Assembly (NCBI RefSeq): GCF_030684315.1
Contig: NC_081391.1
Location: forward strand, 13,927,342-13,991,341
DNA: 64,000 nucleotides
Origin: Stegostoma tigrinum
Lineage: Eukaryota
Direction of reading: 5' to 3'
Positions within the stretch are counted from its first letter, which is position 1. Each line of letters opens with the position of its first letter. The notes under the pieces were generated by a model. It was given only the letters and a program-made list of their open reading frames with translations. It made no database searches and was not told where the DNA came from. Made by a program: the position numbers and the translations under genes. Of this stretch, positions 1-10,448 are shown in pieces.

Positions 1-3000
1 ATCTCTATCAGTCTTTGGTGAGTGGTGTCTCTGTTGGGTGAAACATACTTCTGTTCTGTTGAAGTGAACTCTACCCCTTGGATGTAATTAAGTTGTCTAT
101 CTTTTATAGACTGAGTTTTGTGGCTCCTACCTCTTTCTCAATGCAGGATGAGTGTGATGTTACTGTAACAATAGTTTGGTGTCCAATGTTACTCTAACTT
201 GGGTCCCAGTTGGTTGTCAGTGAGATGTGGAGTGTTCTTGTAGTTACTTGCCTGTCCCATGATGGTGCTGTGACTGGTGGTAATTATAGCTTCCTGTGGC
301 TGTTTGAAACTTGAGGGAACTAATTTAAAAATGAATTGGGACTCACCATTGTGGGAATGGAAGCACCATCAGCTAGTCACTGCTCTTCTTTTCCTTCTTG
401 TATCCTTGCTTGTATTTGAATTTTGTGGTGATCCCAACTTAACATCTCAAATAATCTTGAGAATCTTGATTTCCTATTGCAATCAGCTTAGAATAGGCTT
501 GTTCTAGCCCTACAGAGCTGGGCTGAGAGGTGGCAAATGGAGTTTAATGCAGACAAGTGAGGTGATGCACTTTGGTAGGAGTAACCGGAAGGCAAAGTAC
601 TGGGCTAATGGTAAGATTCTTGGTAATGTAGATGAGCAGAGAGATCTCGGTGTCCACGTAAACAGGTCCTTGAAAGTTGCCATCCAGGTTGATAGGGCGG
701 TTAAGAAGGCAGTGTTTTCTCTTTTGATTAATAGAGGCATTGAGTTCTGGAACCAAGAGGTTATGGTGAAGCTGTACCAAACTCTGGTGTGGCTGCACTT
801 GTAGTATTGTATACAGTTCTGGTCACTGCATTATAAGGATGTGGAAGCTTTGGCAAGAGTGCAGAGGAGGTTTACTAGGATGTTGCCTGGTATCGAGGGA
901 AGCTCTTATGAGGAAAGACTGAGGGACTTGAGGCTGTCTTCATTGGTGAGAAGGTTGAGAGTTGACTTAATTGAAACATATAATATTCTGAGGGTTGGAA
1001 AGGGAAATCCTCTTTCTGCGGACGGTGAGCATGAGGGGGCATAGCTGTAAATTGAGGGATGATAGATATAGGACAGATGTCTGAGGTAGTTTCTTTACTC
1101 AGTAGTAAGGGAATGGAATGCTTTGCCTGTGACGGTAGTAGATTTGCCAACTTTAGGTACATTTAAGTCATCATTGGACAAGCATATGGACGTACAGGGA
1201 ATAGTCTAGGTTAGATGGGCTTGAGATCAGTATGACAAGTTGACACAACATCTAGGGCCTGTACTGTGCTGTTATGTTCTAGTTTCAGATTAAACTGGGT
1301 GAGGTTGTGACTGGTATCTGATCAAGCAGATCTCCATTTGAGATCTACTTTGCTTTTTTTCATACTCATGAGGTGGGTGTGGGCTGTCTGTATATGAAGT
1401 GTTGGAGCTTTTCCAAGGCACGGCACTGCCGTGGGGCTGAGAATGTGCGGAGGGTACTGACCCAGTGAATATGGAAAAAATAGCTTATTCCTGTTGTATT
1501 TGGCCTGACTCGAAACTAACTAGCCCCTCTTTCCCCAGGTGGTTGGGTGCCTGTGCCCTTCCAAGGGGTAGAATGTGTTTAGAAGTAACCTTAGTGAGTG
1601 TTGCCGGGTGCTCTCTGGGCTTGTGCTTGTCAGCAGGAAGTCCTGTCATGATGAGGATCAAGTCCCTGTCAGCCCCACTTTGGGAGGTGGCAACAGCTTT
1701 CATTGAGCCAGCAGTTCAGTTTTAATCGCTGACCCATGTTCCTAACACAACTTGGAAGCATGTCCCAAGAGTAAAATCTCCACTATTCTACATCTTCTAA
1801 CTGCCCATTTAAATGGGCAATGATAAATTGTGCTTGTGTTTGCATTTGACAATTAAAGCAACTTTTTTCAGCAGGATTCCCAAGAATGTGTGTCTTAGTA
1901 GCTGCTTCCAATAGCAGACCTGGTAAACCTGAATACATTGAATTGTGAACATCCTGGTTTAGAAATCTACAGGACTTTGCCTGTTGGATTAAGTCAACAG
2001 TAGCATTTCCAGGTTACTGTTTTAATAAGTGATGTTGTCTAGAGAGTAGGTGATCTGCAGGTCACTGTCATATTTGTCATGTGATCAGTTTGTTTTGTCA
2101 ATCATTGTTTCATGTGTAATGGTACAAGTTGCTAGCAGTCTCAGTACAGCTGTTTTAGATGCAGCAGTAAACTGTATCTAGAACAATCCAAAGACTGTCC
2201 CGAGGCAGGCTTTCCTTGGCAGATTCTTGGTGCCCATGTCCTTCATTCATCCCTTCCCCCTCACCCCAGCCACCCCACTACTGCAGCCCTTGTCAAACTA
2301 ATACAGTGCATCCAATTGCATTGATCCTGACTAAGCAGAAAATGTGCTCCTTCCTAGCTGTTAGTTGCAGTGTCTGGGATCTGTTTTCTGGCCTTTGCCA
2401 AAGGAGCAATAGCGTGCCCTGCAGCTGTTCTATTGGTGCACATCCTGCATTCCAGCTTCTGGCATTTCTTGAAACCCTATTCAATCAGTAATTTTCCCAT
2501 TTCTGGTGGAGGTTAATCAGTAAAAACATCAATTCACACTTGTTCTCACCCAATGCTGTGCCAGACCCACTGAGCAATTTGCCAGGAGTTTCAAACCAAA
2601 ATAAAACACATGGTGTTTACAGCTTACCTGGAGGAAGCTGGGATTGTTTTGATTTTTCCAATTCAACAGGAACTGCTCAAAACTGGGTTCTGAATTGTTA
2701 ATGCATCAGGTACTTAACAGCTTATTGTCAATTTGATTTTGAGAATGCTCAAGTAGCCCTGGAGCTCTGAACTAAAATTGGCCCGTGACTTGTTAATGGG
2801 CTTTACCTTGATCTCCCTTCCAGATGTCCTACTTTGACCGGGATGATGTTGCCCTCCCCCATGTCTCCCGCTTCTTCAAACATCAGTCCCAGGAGAAGCG
2901 GGAACATGCAGAGAAGCTGCTGAAATTCCAGAATCAGCGTGGAGGCCGGGTCCTCCTCCAGGATGTGAAGGTTGGAGTTGGGTGGGGTGGGGGTTGGGAT

Positions 3001-5084
3001 GGTAATGGCTGCTCTTGTGGTGTGGTTTCAAGTCAGTGACAAGGTTTTCATTTGAGTCAAATCTTTGTTCGGCCTGTTTGATCTCCTTTTTGAAGCCAGT
3101 GTAGAAAGAAGCCCTTTGGCCCACCATGTCTTTGCTGACCCCACAAACACTAAAGCACTTTAATCCCATTTACCTTCCCTTGGTCCACAGGCCACTGTCC
3201 TGGCACTATGTACTTGTCCAGCTGGACCTTAAACTGATCTGGAGTAGCTGACTCCACCACCATCCAACCCTTTATGTGGTTCATCTCATACTTCTAACCT
3301 CCCCCTCGGAGGAGGGTGAAGAGAACGTTTCCTCCAATCCCCTCTAACCTGCTTACTCCACAAACCTGGTTTCTCTCTGGTCTTGGTGTCTGCCATGGGG
3401 AAGACATTCCATCAACTGGCCACTCTCTATTCTTCAATAGTTACATCAGGTCACTCCCTCAGCCGTTCCTGCTCCACAGAAAATCCCAGCCTATCTAACC
3501 TCCAATCAATGGATCTTGGGCAACAGCCTGGGCAACCTCACCAGCTTCCCCCTGCAGTGCCATCCTGTCCTTGTGACTGGTGAGGCCAAAGAGGGAATAA
3601 TGTGGTGACTAGAAGAACAAACTGTGACAAGACTGGTCCCCTTCCTGTTCCACCACACCCAACTAATAGAGGTTGCTTGCCCTCTGTCACTGTTACACCC
3701 TGTTGACCTTGTCTGAACTTTGAGGGATCTATGGTTGTGGGCCTTTCTTAACTGTTAGCAGCACAACACACTTTGCAAACACCTCGCTGTCCCTTGGATG
3801 AATTAAATAGCCGTGATGTTTCTGATCATCCTGCTCAGGCATGTATGAAGCCACCAGCACAAGTGGTACTTGAACCTTGGCCTTGTCAGCCAGAGACAGG
3901 GGCACTACCACTGTACCATGACAGCATTTAGGATTCACTCGTGAATATCCTCGCAATTCCATCAGATGGACCCTGATGCAAATCTTGTCATTATCCCCCA
4001 CAATGACCTGTTATTCAACTTCCTCCTTCAGATCAAGGACCGACAGGCAAGGTGAAAGCAATTCTGAAGGAACTGTTCTTCAGCTGTGCTCCAGGGCTCC
4101 CTCAGGGGCTAGCAGTGTTCTCAGTGCTAGGGACACAGGTTTTGATCTGGCCTCTGGTGAGGGACTGGTGTTTACATGTCCTCCCCATGTCTGCGTTGGT
4201 GTCCTCATAGTATAAGAGGATTGGCCATCTGAAATGCAGGGTTACAGGAATAGAGGGGGAGTGGGATGAGCTGGGATGCATTTCAGAGCAGTTCTGCACT
4301 GATCGATGTTGTAGAGATTCTGAAGCTTCACTTTCCTTCTTTCCATCCTCAGAAGCCAGAGAGGGATGAGTGGGGTAACAGCCTGCAGGCGATGCAGGTT
4401 GCCCTGGATCTGGAGAAGAATGTGAACCAGAGTTTGCTGGATCTTCACCAACTTGCCACAGCCCAGACTGACCCTCATGTAAGCTTCACCACTTCATTCT
4501 CTTCACTGCTGGTCACTCAGGGCAACACCTTCAATGGTTGGTCTTTTGTGGATTAGAAGTTGCCTGCTGTCTCAGACAAGTGCCATTTGGATCTCTTCAG
4601 ATCCGTACCAATGCTTATAATCTGATCAGCTCAGCAATCAAGTAAAATGGGAATTTGGATTATAATCTAGTAGGAGTGATGAAGTGATATTGGCCACTGA
4701 ATGCTCATCCAGGATTATTGCAGTGGAATGATCACTATCCATCATAATCCAACACAGCATCACTTAACAAACTGCAAGAGCAGTTGAAATACATGGTCCT
4801 CACTGGCATAGTCTCCAGGTGTTGGGTTTTCAGGGTAGTCTAGAGCTCATATGGCTGAGTGTTTTGCAGTAGGAAATCTGAGGTTGTCTTGGATACCATT
4901 AATGTAGCAAGTTGTCATATTCTTGCAGCTGTGTGACTTCCTGGAGACTCACTATTTGGATGAGGAGGTGGAGATCATCAAGCAACTTGGGGACTACATC
5001 ACCAACCTGAAGCGCCTGGGAGCCCCTGAGAATGGGATGGGAGAGTACCTGTTTGACAGGCTCTCCCTGGAGGACAGCAGTTAG
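1..5084 (+). CDS. Ferritin subunit copy 1 (H/M-like, ferroxidase-degenerate), 5'-truncated by window edge; exons <1-17, 2824-2970, 4353-4478, 4929-5084
   Basis: Exons translate to ...LYQSL | [49 protein letters not shown] | [42 protein letters not shown] | [55 protein letters not shown] boundaries fall at the conserved vertebrate ferritin intron positions. Confidence 0.93.
511..1283 (+). mobile_element. CR1-type LINE 3' fragment (degenerate ORF2 C-terminus) in intron 1 of copy 1
   Basis: Translates to EVMHFGRSN...YQTLVWLHL and [38 protein letters not shown], typical of the CR1 ORF2 C-terminus, with frameshifts and stops. Confidence 0.85.
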
Positions 5085-7125
5085 TGTGGCCTGGAGTACT
5101 GTCTGCTTGGTCTGAATGCATTCCCCACTTCACCCTGGGCAATCTGTCTCCTTCCAAGGAGAAGGGGCTTGTAGCAAACAATGTAATGGCTGAACCAGCT
5201 GAGTGGAAATGAATGAAATGTATTGATGTTGCTTATTGTCCATCATTGAGACCCTTGATATTAAAGAGCTTTTGAGAGCTTCAAGCCTGTAATTTTGGCT
5301 AATGAAATTATTAATTTGACAGAATATTTCCCTGGTCTTCCCTCCAACACCACCCCAGCATCAGTCTCGGAATTCCCGTGGAACTTCCTCTAAGTTATGA
5401 ATCCAAGTTATTCCTCCAGCCAGAACTTGAGGTTTGGGCCTGCGGGGTGTCAAGTCACTTTGTACTATTATCCCACAGCCAGGTATGATGAATACAGGTG
5501 CAGCTAAAATTTTCATTGCTTTCGAAAGAGAAAACACCCCTGCTTGGCCGAAAGAAAGACTTGACACCCACTTTCACAGAAACAGGGCTGTAGGATGCTT
5601 TATGTTCATGTCTAGTTTGCTAAGCAATAGCTTCTCTGTCAACCTCCACCAACCGAGACTGATTGCTAAAGTCCACACAAATCACAAGTTGATGCCAATG
5701 TAAATTCTGTGCCAGCTGGCTCAGCTTGCCTCAACAAGAGCTTAAGGGAAGAGATCCAGCAGCGTCCCCTCTCTAGCCTTGTGGAGGAACCAGCAATGCT
5801 GGGAGCAATAAAATTGAACTGAGCAACGGGGATCTGACACACCTCGTCTATTCTATTCAAATCAATGTTATTACTTTTTCCGGACAGTGCATCCTCGATT
5901 CACTGAGACCCAGTTGAGGTTCAAGCCAAGACCAGCCCTGTGGCCTCCTGACCCCCACCACCAACTGCCTGGCTCCGGACAGCCATCAGCAGTTGCTCAC
6001 AATGACCAGTTCATTTGTTCCTTCGCCTGAGGAACATGCGCTGCTCTCCCAGGCGATATGGATTCAATACCCATTGTAGCTCGACAAGAAAGCTCACACG
6101 GGGGGAACCATTTCCCAGGAGTAATCCAAAGCTGTCCTAATGTGGCTTTGCTCCGTTTACTTCCTTGCTCTCTGCCAAGTCTTGGTCAAAAACCCCACCA
6201 CGCCTAGTAATAAACTTCAGGCCAGCCAGCCCAGAGATGGGAATATTCAGCACAAGTCTGCTTGAAAAAATTCACCTGAACTGGATGCACTTAATGGCAC
6301 CTACAGCAGGATAATAGTGACCTGGGAATAACACAGCAACGCTCCTGGTTAAATGCTGCCATTTGATTGGCTCTTGCTGCTCAAGCCAGCATTGAGCGCA
6401 CTAAGCTGCTCCCTTGGTTCCTCTGAGCTTCCCCCACGGGGAGGGTTACTCCTGATGCAGGTTGATTTCACCCGATCACATTGAAGGAGCAGTGTGACTC
6501 AGGGAGGAGAACTGGAGATGCTGACTTTCCTGAATGGCTGCTTCCTTTATCTTTCGAGGTGTCAGAGATCGTGGTTTAGGGAGGGGGCTGTCAGAGACAT
6601 CCTGGGGAATGTTTCAGGGAGCTTTGTAGCGAGTGGACACTGCAGCCTTCACTGAGGGTGTGGGTCTTTAAGGCACTGAATGTATTTGTTCCACCACGTA
6701 GAGTTTTATTTTAAACAATCTTGAGTCTTGGCTGTAGAATCGCTGCAGTGCAGGAAGAGGTTGTTCAGCCCATTTAGTCTGCACTGATCCTCTGAACAGC
6801 ATCTTGTTCAGACACACCCTGCCTTCTTCCGCCATCTTTCCCACGGCCAGTCCAAAATAAACTGCATGTCTTTGGACTGTGGGAAGAGGCCCACACAGGC
6901 ACGGGGAGGATGTGCAGCCTCCACACGTGACTGAAATTGACCCCAGGTCCCTGGCACTATGAGGCAGTAATGCTGACCATTAAAATACCCTGCCATCCAA
7001 AAGTTACAAAAAACAGGAACACTCTGTTGCATAGAATTAGAGTGAATGACTCGTTTCTCACGGAAACAGACCCTTCGGTCCTACCTGTCCATGCTGACCA
7101 GATTTCCCAACCTGACATAGTCCCA

Positions 7126-7317
7126 AGATAATAAAATGTGAGGCTGGATGAACACAGCAGGCCAAGCAGCATCTCAGGAGCACAAAATCAGAGATGAAGG
7201 GTCTAGGCCCGAAACGTCAGCTTTTGTGCTCCTGAGATGCTGCTTGACCTGCTGTGTTCATCCAGCCTCACATGTTATTATCTTGGAATTCTCCAGCATC
7301 TGCAGTTCCCATTATCA
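7126..7317. mobile_element. Short hairpin (inverted-repeat) Penelope-terminus-derived insertion with a 14-bp TSD
   Basis: Inverted arms of ~60 bp spanning 7123-7286; flanked by CTGACATAGTCCCA at 7112-7125 and 7318-7331. Confidence 0.8.
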
Positions 7318-7994
7318 CTGACATAGTCCCACTTGTCTGCCTTTGGCCCATATCCTTCTAAACCATTCCTTTCCATGCAAATCTCCAAATGTCACTTAAA
7401 TGTTGTAATTCTAACTACCTCCACCACTGTCTCTGACAGCTCGTTCTAACAATGCACACCACCTTCTGTATGAAAATGTTGCCCCTCATGTCCCCATCAA
7501 ATCTTACCCCTCTCCCCTCAAACCGATGCCCTCTAATTTTGGACCCCACCTGACCCTATCACAGCATGCTTTTTATATACAGTCAATCTTGAGTGTGCCA
7601 ATGGCAAGGCTACATTTAGTGCTCAGCAACTGTTACACTTCAGGAGATGGTGATGAGCTGCTTATTACAGTCCACCTGGTGTCGGAGAGACCGGAATGAT
7701 GCTGCTGCTGTTGCTGAGGAGGGGCTTCTGGGATCTTCACTCACAAACACTGATATTATTCCAAGTCAGGATGGTGATGGATTTACTTGGAGCTGCTTCA
7801 GTGTCACTGGGGCGGCATTGAGCTGGAAAATTGCAAACTACTCCAGCATTATTCCCAACTTCAGTCTTATCGATGGTGAACAGACTCTGGAAAGTCTGAA
7901 GTAGAGTTATTCACAACAGAATTCCCAGACTCTGACTTGGTCTCAAAGCCATGAGCACATGAATTAGGATTGACCTCTGCCCATGGTTTCTTAG

Positions 7995-9392
7995 AAAATA
8001 GAACCTAGAACAGTGCAGCACAGTTCAGGCCCTTCAGCCCACGATGTTGTTTCGAACTTTTATCCTAAACCCAAGGACGATCTCACCTCCACTACCTTAT
8101 ATCCATATGCTTATCTAATAGCCGCTTAAAATCCCCTAACGAGGCCGACTCCACTGCACTCTCCGGCAATGCATTCCACGCCCCAGCCACTCTCTGAGTA
8201 AAGAACCTACCTCTGACATCCACCCTATATCTACCTCCACTCACTTCAAAACTATGCCCCCTCATAATAGCTAACTCCATCCTAGGAAAAAGTCTCTGGC
8301 TGTCATATCTGCCTATACTTATGATCATTTTGTACACCTCTATCAAGTCACCTCTCATCCTTTGTTCTGAAGAGAAAAGCCCTCGTTCTCTCAACCTTTC
8401 TTCGTAAGACCTTCCCTCCATTCCAAGCAACATCCTGGTAAATCTCCTCTGCACCTTTTCTAACACTTCTACATCTTTCCTGGAATGAGGTGACCAGAAC
8501 TGGACACAATACTCCAGATGTGGCCGAACCAGGCTTTTGTATAGCTGGAGCATAACTTCACAGCTCTTGAAATCAATCCCTCTATGAATGAAAGCTAACA
8601 CACCACATGCCTTCTTGACAACTCTATCCACCTGACTGGCAGCTTTCAGGGAACTGTGGACATGAACCCCGAGATCCATCTGCTCCTCCACACTGCCAAG
8701 AATCTTTCCGTTAACCCTGTATTCTGCTTTAAAATTTGTCCTTCCAAAATGAATCACTTCACGCTTTTCAGGGTTAAACTCTGTCTGCCACTTCTTAGCC
8801 CCGCTCGGCATCCTATCAATGTCCTTTTGTAACCTGGAACAGCCGTCCACACTATCCACAAGTCAAATCACCTTCGTATCTTCCAAAAACGTACTAATCC
8901 GCCATTCCACTCCTACATCCAAATCATTTACCAAAATCGTAAATAGAAGAGGACCCCGAACAGACCCTTGAGGTACACCACTCGTAACTGAGCGCCATGT
9001 TGAATATTTTCAGTCAACTGTCACCCATGTCTTCTATGGGTCAGCCAATTCTGAATCCAATCTGTCTCATTTCCCCCGTCACATGCATCCTGACTTTCTG
9101 CATGAGCCTGCCATGGGGAACCTTATCAAACGCCTTACTTCAATCCATGTATCCCACATTCACTGATCTACCCTCATCCATACGTTTGGTCATCCCTTCA
9201 AAGAATTCAATCAGATTTGTGAGGCATGATGTACGCCTCACAAATCCACACTGGCCATCACAAATCATACTGTGCCTATCCAAGTGATCATTAATTCTGT
9301 TTCTTACAGCCCTTCCCATTAATTTGCCAACCACTGACATAAGACTAGCTGGCCTGTAATTTCCAGGGTTACCCCATTCCCTTTTTTGAACA
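7995..9392 (-). mobile_element. CR1-type LINE, 5'-truncated RT region plus 3' tail
   Basis: ORF 8993-region on the minus strand: 9140-9421 gives PGNYRPASLMSVVGKLM...SCLTNLIEFF and 8092-8859 gives KWQTEFNPEK...LVRPHLEYCVQFWSP...VQRRFTRM. Confidence 0.9.
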
Positions 9393-10160
9393 CATGAATA
9401 ATATTCAAACTTGTCATTCAAAGCTAAAAGATAGCACTAGACTGCATCCTGCTTTTTGAAGCAGATATTGAGTGAAAGTAACTTGCTTCCACCAGTCTGT
9501 ACATCAGTGCTGTGATCATACTCGAACGTTCATTGGGGATCCTCAATTCCCAAAGCCTCACAGGCCACCAGTCCATGGGAGGCTGCTCCATTCAACGCAG
9601 TTGCTGAGCCATACATTCTACAGAATGTAATGTAAACAGGACCAGCCACTCTCCATTTGGAAACATGCTGGAGTTAAGCTCTCGATCTACTTCAAACAAA
9701 TAAAAACCAAACTTTGCGATAGAAAGTTTGCATGTGCTATACATTTCCAGCAGCAATGTAGACAGGGAGGTGTGAGGTCTACTATGCAGGAGAGGCACTC
9801 AGCACATTTAGCACCTTGCTTTTCAAACTGCACTTCATGAACCCAACGTCAAGGAGATCACAGCAGATTCAGAATGGATCCACAAAGGAATGAGCTTCCT
9901 GTATGAGGTAACCCAAAAGCACATTGTTTCTGTCGCTGCACAGCAATAAGAAAATGTTTACTGTTAACAAAATCTGGCCATTTTTCAATGGGCTCCAACG
10001 CTGTTATTCAACAAGTACAAAGACTAATCCCTCAGAGTAACAAACTGACAGAATTCTGCCAATCTGTGATGAGTGTGTCTTAAGATATAATCTCAGATAC
10101 AATCGTGAACTTTTAGAGTATATTTTATTGTCATTTTCACAGAGAAATATTTCCAGGATT

Positions 10161-10361
10161 TGCACTTGTGCAGGAGGTCAAAGGTCAGTCAGCAATTCTA
10201 TCATCGACCAGTTGTCAATTCTGATCGTTTTCTGGATCCAATTCCCATCCTGCACTGATTGGACGTGGCAGCTGATCAATTGATGAATGAGAGTGATCGG
10301 CCATCACTGATGATGTCATTTCCTGCTCAAGAAAATAAAGGGCTGCTGCTCGAGTATAAAA
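10161..10361 (+). promoter_or_regulatory. Conserved ferritin promoter block, copy 2: DR1 10175-10187, inverted CCAAT, ACGTG, ATCAATTGAT palindrome, TGATGTCA, TATAAAA 10355-10361
   Basis: Motifs read directly. The block is conserved upstream of six copies with TATA about 95-100 bp before the ATG. Function is inferred. Confidence 0.75.
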
Positions 10362-10448
10362 ATTGTCCCAAGAGAGCGATGTTTATGATCATCTTTCTAA
10401 GTTTGTTATTTGATTTTGGAGGGAAAGGAAAGCTATTTTCTTCATAAA

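Noticed and set aside
4999-5181. Recurrent antisense ORF over exon 4 (..[26 protein letters not shown]..) in many copies
   Set aside because: A by-product of the DNA-level identity of exon 4 and the 3' UTR; starts are variable and non-ATG, with no independent evidence.
8092-8859. 255-aa ORF (and 47202-47813, 55945-56712) as a host gene or active reverse transcriptase
   Set aside because: These are 5'-truncated CR1 ORF2 fragments with frameshifts and no endonuclease domain.
10161-10170. TGCACTT/TGCACTG as metal-response elements
   Set aside because: They do not match the MTF-1 core TGCRCNC at the last position.
10379-10447. Possible uORF (MFMIIF...SS*) ending 1 nt before the ferritin ATG in copy 2
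   Set aside because: Its ATGs fall at or before the predicted TSS and it is not conserved in the other copy types.
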